Counted from the first letter of the stretch, positions 36,127-46,528 are shown. The stretch is 64,000 nucleotides of DNA from an uncultured Muribaculaceae bacterium (GCA_947178505.1 CAMWYR010000005.1:10507-74506); one strand, 5' to 3'. A program made the numbers and translations. Notes: a model not told the origin generated them from the letters alone.

Positions 36127-36558
36127 ATGAAAAATAATATACTCTCAGGTGTAACCATCGCCTTCATCATTATACAGATTGTATTATCAATCGTGGTGGT
36201 AGTGTCCGCCAAGACAATACCTACCCATTGGAACGCGTATGGGGAAATTGATGCTTACGGCAGCTGTTATAATATTCTTTATGTCACTGCTTTCAACGTC
36301 CTAATCTACATCCTGTTACGTTGGACAAGCAACCATCCGGAATATTGCAATTTTCCTCAACCTTTCAAAGATAAGGAAGTTGCGTACGCCAATCTTAAAA
36401 GATTTAGCCAATGGATTGAATTATGGATGAGCGCGATGTTCCTCTATATCACCATCGGAACACTTTACCACCATCTATGGATCTGGGTCATATTTTTAAT
36501 TGCAGGCGTCATAATCTACACTTCAATAGTGTGGATAATAAAATTAGCAAAGTCATAA
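36127..36558 (+). CDS. DUF1648-domain membrane protein
   Basis: 143 aa, 4 TM. PTHWNAYGEIDAYGS matches the DUF1648 signature (HWN..G..D). Confidence 0.7.
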   Translation: MKNNILSGVTIAFIIIQIVLSIVVVVSAKTIPTHWNAYGEIDAYGSCYNILYVTAFNVLIYILLRWTSNHPEYCNFPQPFKDKEVAYANLKRFSQWIELWMSAMFLYITIGTLYHHLWIWVIFLIAGVIIYTSIVWIIKLAKS

Positions 36559-36689
36559 CCCGGATGGCTCAATGAGATTTCCAGAATAAATCTGAACTGC
36601 AAAACGGTGAATTGCTGTTAATGACAGAGGGCGATAATCGTTAAATAGTTGAAAATTTAGGGATAAAACAGAAAGAGGCGTAAAAGATA

Positions 36690-36721
36690 TTTGGAAAATA
36701 GCGAAAAAATAAGTAACTTTG
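36690..36721 (+). promoter_or_regulatory. promoter for rpmB-rpmG-DUF4295 (TTTG 36690-36693, 20-nt spacer, TAACTTTG 36714-36721)
   Basis: Exact consensus. Implies a leader of about 110 nt before the ATG at 36837. Confidence 0.55.
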
Positions 36722-36836
36722 CACTCGTTTTGTGGCACATCCTTTAAAGTCACTGAAAAAGATGCGTTTAGTGGCGATATGAGAACTGCGATGGCGTCAG
36801 AACACTCAAGTAAAATTAAAAGAATTTAAAATAGCC

Positions 36837-37100
36837 ATGTCAAAAGTTTGTCAGATCACAGGCAAAAAGGCGCAGGTAGGCAATAATGTGTCTCACTCAA
36901 AGCGTCGCACCAAGCGCAAGTTCGAGGTAAACTTGCATACAAAGAAATTCTATTGGGTAGAAGAGGACATGTGGATTGAACTTCGAGTATCAGCACGCGC
37001 ACTTCGCACCATCAATAAGATCGGCTTGAACGCTGCCATCAAGAAGGCAGAAGCCGAAGGCAATCTCGATATCAAAGACATCAGAATTCTTTCCTTCTAA
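36837..37100 (+). CDS. rpmB: 50S ribosomal protein L28
   Basis: [33 protein letters not shown] is the canonical bL28 N-terminus. Confidence 0.96.
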   Translation: MSKVCQITGKKAQVGNNVSHSKRRTKRKFEVNLHTKKFYWVEEDMWIELRVSARALRTINKIGLNAAIKKAEAEGNLDIKDIRILSF

Positions 37101-37115
37101 ACAGCAGAAGTTATT

Positions 37116-37304
37116 ATGGCAAAGAAAGCAAAAGGCAATCGCGTACAGGTAATCCTGGAATGCACCGAACATAAGGCAAGCGGAATGCCCGGTATGTCAC
37201 GTTACATCACCACAAAGAACCGCAAAAACACTACAGGCCGTCTGGAGTTGAAGAAATACAACCCCATCCTGAAGAAAGTAACCGTTCACAAAGAAATCAA
37301 ATAA
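37116..37304 (+). CDS. rpmG: 50S ribosomal protein L33
   Basis: 62 aa. [20 protein letters not shown]...[10 protein letters not shown]. Confidence 0.95.
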   Translation: MAKKAKGNRVQVILECTEHKASGMPGMSRYITTKNRKNTTGRLELKKYNPILKKVTVHKEIK

Positions 37305-37314
37305 GCACTGACCC

Positions 37315-37464
37315 ATGGCAAAGAAAACCGTGGCCTCTATCCAGAAGGGTGAAGGCCGTACATATAGCAAAATCATCATCATGGAGAAATCTCCCAAGAC
37401 CGGCGCTTATGTATTCCGTGAAGAAATGGTGCCCAATGATGCAGTAAAGGATGCTCTTAAGTAA
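37315..37464 (+). CDS. DUF4295 small protein (49 aa; missing from the ORF track because it is under 60 aa)
   Basis: My own translation: MAKKTVASIQKGEGRTYSKIIIMEKSPKTGAYVFREEMVPNDAVKDALK. It occupies the conserved Bacteroidota position right after rpmG and is followed by a terminator. Confidence 0.8.
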   Translation: MAKKTVASIQKGEGRTYSKIIIMEKSPKTGAYVFREEMVPNDAVKDALK

Positions 37465-37485
37465 GACTCCTTAAGATATACCCTT

Positions 37486-37522
37486 AGAGGGTCGGGATTT
37501 TTCCCGACCCTCTTCTATTTTT
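37486..37522 (+). terminator. rho-independent terminator of the rpmB-rpmG-DUF4295 operon
   Basis: 12-bp stem AGAGGGTCGGGA/TCCCGACCCTCT with loop TTTT, followed by TCTATTTTT. Confidence 0.85.
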
Positions 37523-37675
37523 ACCTTTCCTTTTTACCTCACAAGCTCTTTCTTCCGCTATTCAACGAGTTACGCTATACTTATCCCCCCTTTGAGCGTT
37601 ATACAATAAACTTCATTCATTTTTTTTCCTGAATCACATACTCTCCCGTCGGGAATACCCGATCCCCGGCAAACT

Positions 37676-37683
37676 TAACTTTG
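37676..37683 (+). promoter_or_regulatory. -7 box TAACTTTG upstream of nadE
   Basis: Exact TAnnTTTG, 10 nt before the ATG at 37694, implying a short leader. Confidence 0.45.
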
Positions 37684-37693
37684 GAATTTACTT

Positions 37694-39649
37694 ATGAATA
37701 ACTACGGATACTTCAGAACAGCGGCCTGCTCCCCTGCCGTGCGACCGGGAGACATCTCGCTAAATATCTCCGGCATTTCCGCCCGGATCAAGGAGATCAC
37801 GGCTAAGAATGTGGATCTTGCGGTATTTCCCGAACTGTCAATCACCGGATATACATGCGCCGATCTCTTCGATCAGACGCTTCTTATAGAAAAGGCCGGG
37901 GCCGCTATGTTTGAACTGGCAGAAAAGCATAAGTCGGACCCGATATTATTCGTAGTCGGCGTTCCGGTGCGTGTCCGTGCACGCCTTTACAACTGCGCAG
38001 CCTTTATCTGCCGCGGGAAGGTGCTCGGACTTGTGCCGAAGACCTATATCCCCAATTACGGTGAATTCTACGAAAAGCGCTGGTTCGCGTCAGGCAAGGA
38101 TTTGCATGGTGAGATCTCATTGCTCAACCCTTCGACCGGCAGAGAGGAAAGCATCCCTATCGGTGCGGATCTGCTTTTCAACGCCGGAGGCGTACTGATT
38201 GGGGCAGAAATATGCGAGGACCTCTGGGTGCCGAATCCCCCGGCAGTCGGACTCGTGGAGGCGGGCGCCGATATCATCGTGAACCTTTCCGCCACCAACG
38301 AACTGATCGGCAAGCACGCCTATCTTCTCGATCTCGTGCGCAGTCAGTCGGCCCGATGCCGCTGCGGTTATGTATACGCATCGGCCGGAACGGGAGAATC
38401 ATCCACCGACCTCGCCTTCTCCGGCAACTGTCTCATTGCTGAAAACGGCACCCTGCTTGCTGAAAGCGAGCGCTTCACGATGGGCGCGAAATCAGTAATA
38501 GCCGACATCGATGTCGAGATACTGCGACGCGACCGTCAGCACTTCGACACCTTCAGCGACCACACTGATAATTGCAATCTGAGAATCGTTGACTGCAACT
38601 GCCTCCCGCTTGCTTCGGGAGTCGCACAGGCAGCGTTCAGGACAGTGAATGCGCACCCATTCGTCGATTCAGATCCGAAACGACTCGAAGAGAGATGCGC
38701 GGAGATTTCATCCATTCAGGCCTGGGGGCTCGCAATAAGACTAAAGGCAATCAACTGCCGGACAGCGGTGATCGGGATCTCTGGCGGCCTCGACTCAACG
38801 CTCGCCCTTCTCGTCACGGCCAAGGCATTCGATATGCTCGGTCTTGACCATAATGGTATCATCGGAGTGACAATGCCCGGATTCGGCACCACCACGCGAA
38901 CGAAAAGCAATGCCTCGTGCCTGATGGAACTTTTAGCTACCACCCAGCTCGAAGTGCCAATCGGCGATGCAGTGCGTCAGCACTTCAGCGATATCGGCCA
39001 TGACGGCATCACTCCCGACGTGACTTTCGAAAACAGTCAGGCCCGTGAGCGCACTCAGATACTGATGGATATCGCCAATAAACATAATGGCATAGTGATC
39101 GGCACCGGCGACCTTTCCGAACTTGCCTTGGGCTGGTGTACATACAACGGTGACCAGATGTCGATGTACGGCGTGAACGGTTCGATCCCCAAGACACTTG
39201 TGAAATATCTCGTGGCCGGATACGCGGAAGAAACCGATAATGAGCAGTTGCGGAAGGTTCTCCTCGACATTATCGACACTCCTATCAGTCCCGAACTTCT
39301 TCCCCCGTCGGAAAAGAATGAAATTCAGCAAAAGACCGAAGACCTTGTCGGTCCATATGAATTGCATGATTTCTTTATCTATAATATGCTCCGATATGGA
39401 ATGCCACCGAGAAAAATCTATCATCTTGCCTGCAAGGCGTTCGCCGGAGTTTATGACGGCGCGACTATCCTTCACTGGTTGCGCACATTCTACCGCCGCT
39501 TCTTCAACCAGCAGTTCAAGCGGTCGTGTATGCCCGATGGGATAAAGGTGGGGAGCGTCACACTCTCCCCGCGTGGCGACTGGCGCATGCCGAGCGATGC
39601 GTCAGCTGCCTTATGGTTGGCCGAACTCGACGGAATCAACGCTGAATAA
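37694..39649 (+). CDS. nadE: glutamine-dependent NAD+ synthetase
   Basis: 651 aa. N-terminal CN-hydrolase domain (AEICEDLW) and C-terminal PP-loop GISGGLDSTLAL. Confidence 0.93.
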   Translation: MNNYGYFRTAACSPAVRPGDISLNISGISARIKEITAKNVDLAVFPELSITGYTCADLFDQTLLIEKAGAAMFELAEKHKSDPILFVVGVPVRVRARLYNCAAFICRGKVLGLVPKTYIPNYGEFYEKRWFASGKDLHGEISLLNPSTGREESIPIGADLLFNAGGVLIGAEICEDLWVPNPPAVGLVEAGADIIVNLSATNELIGKHAYLLDLVRSQSARCRCGYVYASAGTGESSTDLAFSGNCLIAENGTLLAESERFTMGAKSVIADIDVEILRRDRQHFDTFSDHTDNCNLRIVDCNCLPLASGVAQAAFRTVNAHPFVDSDPKRLEERCAEISSIQAWGLAIRLKAINCRTAVIGISGGLDSTLALLVTAKAFDMLGLDHNGIIGVTMPGFGTTTRTKSNASCLMELLATTQLEVPIGDAVRQHFSDIGHDGITPDVTFENSQARERTQILMDIANKHNGIVIGTGDLSELALGWCTYNGDQMSMYGVNGSIPKTLVKYLVAGYAEETDNEQLRKVLLDIIDTPISPELLPPSEKNEIQQKTEDLVGPYELHDFFIYNMLRYGMPPRKIYHLACKAFAGVYDGATILHWLRTFYRRFFNQQFKRSCMPDGIKVGSVTLSPRGDWRMPSDASAALWLAELDGINAE

Positions 39650-39672
39650 AAATATTAAGATTGAATTAAACT

Positions 39673-40329
39673 ATGAAAACAGAAGAAGCGGTTAACCCCG
39701 ACAGAACAGTCAAGAGTCCTCGCAGCAAGCAGGGCGAGCCACGGGATTTAAAGGAGACGCCGCGTTATGAGGCGAATGATATGGCCCGCGCCCTTGAGAT
39801 CATACGCAACGGCGGAATCATTCTTTATCCCACCGACACGGTGTGGGGCATCGGTTGCGACGCTACCAATCCGGAGGCCGTAAAGAAAATCTATGACCTG
39901 AAACAGCGTGACGATGCCAAGTCGATGCTTGTGCTCATCGGCAGTCAAGGAGAGCTGCAGCGGCGTGTGGATGAGGTGCCGGAGGCTGCATGGATGCTGC
40001 TTGACGCCGCAGTGAATCCCCTGACAATTATCTACGATCGCCCCAAAGGGATGGCCCCGAATCTGCTTGCAGAAGATGGAAGTCTGGGTATCCGTATCAC
40101 TGACGAACTCTTCAGCCGAACGCTATGCCAGCGTGCAAAGGTGCCCATCGTGTCGACATCAGCCAATATAAGCGGACGTAAAACGCCACGCACTTTCAGT
40201 GAAATCGAACCCGAAATACTCGAAGGTGTGGATTATGTGGTGACATACCGGCGCGATGATACAACTAAAGCAAAGAGCAGCAACATAATAAAGGTTTCGG
40301 ATTCAGGCATCGTGAAGATAATCAGATAA
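39673..40329 (+). CDS. tsaC: L-threonylcarbamoyladenylate synthase (YrdC/Sua5 family)
   Basis: ILYPTDTVWGIGCDATN, SMLVLIG, STSANISG. The true start may be the Met at 39781 (MARALEII). Confidence 0.88.
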   Translation: MKTEEAVNPDRTVKSPRSKQGEPRDLKETPRYEANDMARALEIIRNGGIILYPTDTVWGIGCDATNPEAVKKIYDLKQRDDAKSMLVLIGSQGELQRRVDEVPEAAWMLLDAAVNPLTIIYDRPKGMAPNLLAEDGSLGIRITDELFSRTLCQRAKVPIVSTSANISGRKTPRTFSEIEPEILEGVDYVVTYRRDDTTKAKSSNIIKVSDSGIVKIIR

Positions 40330-40347
40330 GACTCCCGCATTAAAAAT

Positions 40348-40378
40348 TTTGTTTTCCGTCTGATTTTTCTTAAATTTG
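40348..40378 (+). promoter_or_regulatory. promoter for the sugar transferase gene (TTTG 40348-40351, 19-nt spacer, TAAATTTG 40371-40378)
   Basis: Exact consensus. Leader of about 85 nt. Confidence 0.5.
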
Positions 40379-40466
40379 TAGTTGAAGTTTCTTCAAACAG
40401 GTGAAATCATTTTCACATCACGCAATAAGTGAAAATGAAAGAAACAGATGAGCGGCACTAACCAAG

Positions 40467-41915
40467 ATGATCGGGAAGCATATATCGAGAACCAAACAGA
40501 GAGCCAGATATGTCGTGATGGATTATGTCACGACATCTCTGGCTTTTTTCATTTTCAATATATTCCGCTTTAATATGCTCGATCTCGAGCATTTAGGCTA
40601 TGATTCGCTGTGGGAATTCATTTTCTCTGATAAGCTTATTATTGAACAGGGCATGGTGCCCGTGGCGTGTCTCGCCATTTACTGGATCTCAGGTTATTAT
40701 AACGAACCATTGCGAAAGTCACGCTTGTCGGAACTGATTACTACGGTCGGTTCTGCACTGTTCTGCACCCTGCTTCTCTTCTTCGCCCTGCTGATAAATG
40801 ACACGACAGGCGTCAAGCTGCTTGATTATGAAATACTTCTCACGCTTTTTGGATTACTCGTCATCTTCGTCTACGCCGGACGGCGGATACTTACCCGCAT
40901 AACGCTCCGTCAACTCAAGGAAAGACGCTGGCTATATTCCTCGCTTATAGTGGGACACGGCCCGAAAAGCCGGAAGGTTTACAGGACACTTAAAGAGAGC
41001 GGTTCGGTCTGGGCATACGACGTGATTGGATTCGTCGACCTGCATTCAGAATTCGGGGGCTCACCGATTGAGATTGATGCTTCCGAAGGGCTACCTGTGT
41101 GGAAATGGGATCAGATAGAGGAAGTGGCAGCCAATCATGAGATCGATCAGTTCATTCTCGCACCGGAGGCACTTACAGATGATCAGCTGATGCAGCTGCT
41201 CAAGCCTCTTTTCCCGCTCAACAAACCGGTGAAGATCGCCCCGGACACTCTGTCGTTCGTAACCGGAAACATTCGTCTTGACGATATCCATGCCGTGCCG
41301 TTCATCGATCTCACTTCTCCGCGCATCAGCGAATATCAGCGCAATGTGAAGAGAACCCTCGATGTTTTGCTCTCCGCGCTCGGACTTATCATTGCATCCC
41401 CCGTGATGCTGGTAGCCGCTATCGGTGTGAAGTTATCATCGCCCGGACCGGTGGTCTACCGGCAGGAGCGAATAGGGAAAGGGCGGCGCGCATTTAAGAT
41501 TCTGAAATTCCGGTCGATGCGTAATGATGCGGAGAAAGACGGGCCGCGATTGTCGTCAGACAATGATTCACGCATCACCGACTGGGGGCGCATAATGCGA
41601 AAATACCGCATTGACGAACTTCCGCAATTGTGGAATATCATAAGAGGCGAGATGTCGCTCGTCGGCCCGAGGCCGGAACGGTTATACTATATCGAACAGA
41701 TAGTGGAGCGTGCCCCCTACTATGGGCTTGTGTTCCAGGTGCAGCCGGGCCTCACGAGCTGGGGAATGGTGAAGCATGGCTACGCTTCGACAATAGAGGA
41801 GATGGTTGACCGCTCACAATATGATCTTCTCTATCTGAACAATATGTCGCTTACTACTGACTTCAAGATAATGCTCCACACCATCAATACCGTTATCAAA
41901 GGGAAGGGTAAGTAG
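40467..41915 (+). CDS. polyprenyl-phosphate glycosyl-1-phosphate transferase (WbaP-type initiating sugar transferase)
   Basis: 482 aa. N-terminal TM bundle and C-terminal bacterial sugar transferase domain (SPGPVVYRQERIGKGRRAFKILKFRSM, DELPQLWNIIRGEMSLVGPRP). Confidence 0.9.
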   Translation: MIGKHISRTKQRARYVVMDYVTTSLAFFIFNIFRFNMLDLEHLGYDSLWEFIFSDKLIIEQGMVPVACLAIYWISGYYNEPLRKSRLSELITTVGSALFCTLLLFFALLINDTTGVKLLDYEILLTLFGLLVIFVYAGRRILTRITLRQLKERRWLYSSLIVGHGPKSRKVYRTLKESGSVWAYDVIGFVDLHSEFGGSPIEIDASEGLPVWKWDQIEEVAANHEIDQFILAPEALTDDQLMQLLKPLFPLNKPVKIAPDTLSFVTGNIRLDDIHAVPFIDLTSPRISEYQRNVKRTLDVLLSALGLIIASPVMLVAAIGVKLSSPGPVVYRQERIGKGRRAFKILKFRSMRNDAEKDGPRLSSDNDSRITDWGRIMRKYRIDELPQLWNIIRGEMSLVGPRPERLYYIEQIVERAPYYGLVFQVQPGLTSWGMVKHGYASTIEEMVDRSQYDLLYLNNMSLTTDFKIMLHTINTVIKGKGK

Positions 41916-41960
41916 GCCGTCAGGAAAGGGGAGCAGGGAAATATCAAAAGATAAAGAGAC

Positions 41961-43760
41961 ATGGCATATAAAGAAAGACATAACCGTCTGACAGACTCAT
42001 GGCTGAAATTCGTGATCTGGCGTGAGCACCATATCAAGGAGCGGACGTTCCTGATACTGCTGTCGCTGGTGGTGGGTGTGCTCTGCGGGGCGGCAGCCCA
42101 GTTGCTCAAATATCTTATTCATCTGATAGCCGGCACTCTCACGGCACATTTCAGCTCTACTAATGAGAATTATCTCTACCTGGTCTACCCGGTTGTGGGT
42201 ATAGTGCTGACGGTGCTGTTCGTGAAGTATGTGGTAAAAGAGAACATCGCCCATGGCGTGACGAAGGTGCTCTATGCGATTTCACGGCGCAAGTCGCGGC
42301 TAAAGGTTCGCAATATGTATGCATCGCTTATTTCCTCATCAATTACAATCGGATTCGGCGGATCAGTCGGAGCCGAGGGTCCGATCGTATACACCGGAGC
42401 GGCCATAGGGTCGAATGTTGGTCAGGCGTTCCGCATGTCTCCGAAGGTGCTGATGATTCTTGTGGGATGCGGCGCGGCGGCCGGTATCGCAGGCATTTTC
42501 CGTGCCCCCATCGCCGGAATGCTTTTCACGCTCGAGGTGCTGATGATCGACTTCACCGGAATGACGGTTATGCCGCTTCTTGTCTCCTCTATCTCGGGCG
42601 CCACGGTGGCCTATATCCTCGAGGGTTACAACGCGGAATTCTTCTTCGCGCAGAGCGAGCCCTACTTCACGAGCCGCATTCCCTGGACAATCGCTCTTGG
42701 TGTCGTATGCGGTCTTATGTCATTCTACTTCACAAAGGTGATGTTCATGATGGAGTCTATGTTCCGAAAGATCAAGGCTCAGTGGGCAAAGATCATAATC
42801 GGCGGAATCATCATCGCCGTCCTCGTATTCGTGTTTCCTCCCCTCTACGGAGAAGGCTACGGGGCGATCAATAGTCTGCTCGATGGCAATGTTGAGGCCA
42901 TAGTGAACGGAACCTTCTTTTACGTCGACCGCCACAGTATATGGTTCCTGACGCTCTTCATAGCAGCCGTGACGCTGATGAAGGCCTTTGCGACCTCCGC
43001 CACTAACGGAGCCGGAGGCGTGGGCGGTACATTCGCGCCCTCCCTCTTCGTGGGCGCACTTACAGGATTCCTATTCGCATTCATCATCAACAATCTGAAT
43101 ATCGGCGTAGAGCTCTCACAAAAGAATTTCGCGCTCATGGGCATGGCCGGGGTAATGTCGGGCGTCATGCACGCACCTCTTATGGCAATCTTCCTCACGG
43201 CGGAGATGACCGGAGGATATCAACTGTTCCTGCCTCTCCTCATAGTCTCCACCCTCGCCTACTTCACCATTCAATATTTCTCACCCTACAGCATCTACAC
43301 GATGCGACTTGCCAAGGCCGGCGACCTTATGACTCACCAGAAGGACAAGACAGTGCTGACCATGCTCAAGATCGGCAATGTGATAGAGACCGATTTCAAG
43401 GAGGTGCATCCCGAGATGAGCCTGAAGGAGATGGTGGATGTGATTTCAGTCTCCAACCGCAACCTCTTCCCCGTGACCGACGGAGAAGGAAATCTCAAAG
43501 GCGTAGTGCTGCTCGATGATATACGCAATATTATGTTCCGCACCGACCTTTACCCCAAGATGCACGTGTCGCGCTTTATGGCAGCGGTGCCTGAAGTGAT
43601 CGATGTGAATATGCCTATGGAGAAAGTGATGGATATTTTCGATAAGACCCACGCGTGGAATCTGCCTGTCGTTAAGGATGGCAAGTACGTGGGATTCGTG
43701 TCGAAATCAAAGATATTCAATTCCTACCGCAAGGTGTTGCGGCATTTCTGCGATGACTGA
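41961..43760 (+). CDS. ClC-family chloride channel/antiporter with C-terminal CBS pair
   Basis: 599 aa. GGSVGAEGP and GGTFAPSLF selectivity motifs. Two CBS-like repeats at the C-terminus. Confidence 0.9.
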   Translation: MAYKERHNRLTDSWLKFVIWREHHIKERTFLILLSLVVGVLCGAAAQLLKYLIHLIAGTLTAHFSSTNENYLYLVYPVVGIVLTVLFVKYVVKENIAHGVTKVLYAISRRKSRLKVRNMYASLISSSITIGFGGSVGAEGPIVYTGAAIGSNVGQAFRMSPKVLMILVGCGAAAGIAGIFRAPIAGMLFTLEVLMIDFTGMTVMPLLVSSISGATVAYILEGYNAEFFFAQSEPYFTSRIPWTIALGVVCGLMSFYFTKVMFMMESMFRKIKAQWAKIIIGGIIIAVLVFVFPPLYGEGYGAINSLLDGNVEAIVNGTFFYVDRHSIWFLTLFIAAVTLMKAFATSATNGAGGVGGTFAPSLFVGALTGFLFAFIINNLNIGVELSQKNFALMGMAGVMSGVMHAPLMAIFLTAEMTGGYQLFLPLLIVSTLAYFTIQYFSPYSIYTMRLAKAGDLMTHQKDKTVLTMLKIGNVIETDFKEVHPEMSLKEMVDVISVSNRNLFPVTDGEGNLKGVVLLDDIRNIMFRTDLYPKMHVSRFMAAVPEVIDVNMPMEKVMDIFDKTHAWNLPVVKDGKYVGFVSKSKIFNSYRKVLRHFCDD

Positions 43761-43823
43761 CCGGATAACTGACCGGATCTATGAAGGTCGGACGAAAAGG
43801 GCAGACAGTAACTAAAAGATATT

Positions 43824-44774
43824 ATGGAAAAAAAGAAACCAAGAATAATATTTTTCGGCACCCCGGAATTTGCGGTAGCAAGTCTCGACAGGCTTGTGTC
43901 GGAAGGATATGATATAGCAGCCGTGGTCACGATGCCCGACAAGATCGCAGGCCGCGGCCACAAGCTCCTGCAGAGCGACGTAAAGAAATATGCCGTAGAG
44001 AACGGGCTCCCCGTGCTGCAGCCCGAGAAACTCAAGGATCCCGCCTTCGTGGAGACGCTCCGCGGGCTCAACGCCGATCTCTTCATTGTAATAGCATTCC
44101 GGATGCTTCCGGAAGTTGTGTGGGCGATGCCCCCCATGGGCACGTTCAATCTTCACGGCAGCCTCCTGCCCAAATATCGCGGTGCGGCTCCGATCAACCG
44201 TGCGATAATGAACGGTGAGACCGAGACCGGCATCACCACATTCTTTCTGAAGCATGAGATAGACACCGGCGATATGATCGAGCAGCGCTCTACACCAATC
44301 AGCGATGAGGATAACGCCGGCACGATTCACGACCGTCTTATGGAGATGGGGGCAGAGATGGTGGAATCGACTGTTGCTGCTATCGCCGCCGGTTCACTTG
44401 CAACGCGGCCTCAGCCGGAAGGAGAGTTTATAGGCGCTCCAAAGATCTTCCGCGAGGACTGCGCCATCGACTGGACCCGCAGCGCGAGGGATATTCATAA
44501 TCAGGTGCGCGGACTGTCGCCCTACCCTGCCGCTTACACCATGATTGATCAGGTGGCGGGCAAACGACTTGAGGCAAAGATCTTCACCACCGCAATGACG
44601 GATATCCCATCTTCCGGAAAAGAGCCCGGCGAGTGCGTGACCGAAGGAAAGCGGCTGCTCGTTGCGACTGGCGATATAATGCTTGAGATCAAGGAACTGC
44701 AGCCCGCAGGCAAGAAACGTATGGAAGCAAAGGCATTCCTTCTGGGCTATCATCCCTCAAAGATGCTGAAATGA
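43824..44774 (+). CDS. fmt: methionyl-tRNA formyltransferase
   Basis: 316 aa. IIFFGTPEFA, HGSLLPKYRGAAPI. Confidence 0.95.
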   Translation: MEKKKPRIIFFGTPEFAVASLDRLVSEGYDIAAVVTMPDKIAGRGHKLLQSDVKKYAVENGLPVLQPEKLKDPAFVETLRGLNADLFIVIAFRMLPEVVWAMPPMGTFNLHGSLLPKYRGAAPINRAIMNGETETGITTFFLKHEIDTGDMIEQRSTPISDEDNAGTIHDRLMEMGAEMVESTVAAIAAGSLATRPQPEGEFIGAPKIFREDCAIDWTRSARDIHNQVRGLSPYPAAYTMIDQVAGKRLEAKIFTTAMTDIPSSGKEPGECVTEGKRLLVATGDIMLEIKELQPAGKKRMEAKAFLLGYHPSKMLK

Positions 44775-46507
44775 AAGATACGTCGAATGCTAACTGCCGC
44801 GAGTTGCTCGACGTGCTGACCGCACAGGGAGTGCATGACGTCGTGGCCTCGCCGGGGAGCCGTAACACTCCCCTGCTGCTCGGAGCGTCTGCACGTCAGG
44901 ATCTCAGGCTCCGGATGATCAACGACGAGCGCACGGCCGGGTTTTATGCCCTGGGGCTTGCAATGGCGACGCAATCTCCGGTTGCACTGATGTGCACATC
45001 CGGAACGGCCCTTTACAATTATGCACCGGCAGTGGCCGAGGCATTCTACCAACGGGTACCGCTCATCGTCATTTCCGCCGACCGCCCCGCGCAATGGATT
45101 GATCAGGATGATTCGCAGACCCTACACCAGCCCGAGGCATTGGATAAGATCGTAAAGAAATCTTTCGACATTCCTCCCGAAACGGGCATGTCGGCTCCTT
45201 GCAGAAATCCGGGGTATCTGACAGAACGGGAATGGTTCGTCAATCGGATTGCCAATGAAGCCGTGCTGACCGCCACCGGCGGAATGCCGGGGCCGGTGCA
45301 TATCAACATTCAGTTTGGCGAACCTCTCGGCACCACTTCCGACTACCTCCAATGCTCTCCGCGCACAATTAGAGTAATCAGAAACACATCGGGACTTCCA
45401 CCCCATCTGCTGCGCGAGATCTGCTGCAGGCTTATGGAGAAACGTGTCATGGTAGTGGCCGGTTTCATGCCTCCTGATCATGAGCTTAATAAAGCGATTC
45501 TGGAGTTTGCCAATATGCCCAACGTGACGTTGCTCTGTGAAACCCTTTCGAATATTCACACCGACCGATGCGAGTTTATGATTGACTCACTGCTCTGCGG
45601 AATGAGCAATAAGCAGAAGGTAGACCTTATGCCTGATATCGTAATCACCATCGGAGGTGCATTAGTGTCGCGTATGCTGAAGGAATATTTACGTGGAGCC
45701 TCCACCCTCGAGCACTGGACCCTTAATGACACGGATCTCTCGGTAGATGCACTTCAGCATCTCACCACCCACATTGATATTGCGCCCGCTAAATTTTTTA
45801 GAGGAGCGGCGTCTATGATGCGTCATCTTTCGAGGAAAGGAGTCAGAACCCTTTATCCTGAATATAACCTGGCCTGGAAGGATATGCGTGAAGACGGATC
45901 CGGGCGCCTCCGGCGTTACGTGGAGGCTGCTCCCTGGTCGGAACTGAAAGGCCTCGACATCTTCTTCAGGAGGCTCGACCCGCGTGTCAATCTCTTCCTG
46001 TCGAACGGCACATGCGTGCGTTATGCCCAGCTTCTTACCGAACGTCTATGCCATGCCTGCTTTTCCAACAGAGGAGTGTCTGGTATTGACGGCACGAATG
46101 CCACGGCTGCGGGTATAGCCGCCGGATTCAAGGGGACGACCATCCTGCTCACCGGCGATGTGTCGTTCGCATATTGCCCGGAGGTGCTTAATCCCAAGGT
46201 CACTGACAGCGACCTGCGCATAGTCGTTGTCAACAACAACGGAGGAGGCATCTTCCGCTTCATCCGCACTACCCGCGATCTCGACGAAAGGGAACGACTT
46301 TTCTGCAGTCCGCCCGCCCTCCCGCTGGAAAAACTGGCCGAGGCATATGGGTGGAATTACATTCCGGTGAATGATGAAGTTGGTATGCAGGAGGCCATGA
46401 CAAGGCTTCAGTCAACCCCTCGCACGATTGTGGAACTATTTGCCGATGCCGACATAAGCGCCGCGGCGCTGATCTCACTCCTCGCCCCTCAGTCTCACAA
46501 AATCTAA
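44771..46507 (+). CDS. menD: SEPHCHC synthase (2-succinyl-5-enolpyruvyl-6-hydroxy-3-cyclohexene-1-carboxylate synthase)
   Basis: 578 aa ThDP enzyme. SPGSRNTPL, GDVSFAY...NNNGGGIF. 4-nt overlap (ATGA) with fmt. Confidence 0.9.
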   Translation: MKDTSNANCRELLDVLTAQGVHDVVASPGSRNTPLLLGASARQDLRLRMINDERTAGFYALGLAMATQSPVALMCTSGTALYNYAPAVAEAFYQRVPLIVISADRPAQWIDQDDSQTLHQPEALDKIVKKSFDIPPETGMSAPCRNPGYLTEREWFVNRIANEAVLTATGGMPGPVHINIQFGEPLGTTSDYLQCSPRTIRVIRNTSGLPPHLLREICCRLMEKRVMVVAGFMPPDHELNKAILEFANMPNVTLLCETLSNIHTDRCEFMIDSLLCGMSNKQKVDLMPDIVITIGGALVSRMLKEYLRGASTLEHWTLNDTDLSVDALQHLTTHIDIAPAKFFRGAASMMRHLSRKGVRTLYPEYNLAWKDMREDGSGRLRRYVEAAPWSELKGLDIFFRRLDPRVNLFLSNGTCVRYAQLLTERLCHACFSNRGVSGIDGTNATAAGIAAGFKGTTILLTGDVSFAYCPEVLNPKVTDSDLRIVVVNNNGGGIFRFIRTTRDLDERERLFCSPPALPLEKLAEAYGWNYIPVNDEVGMQEAMTRLQSTPRTIVELFADADISAAALISLLAPQSHKI

Positions 46508-46528
46508 CTATAACACAATAAGATACAA

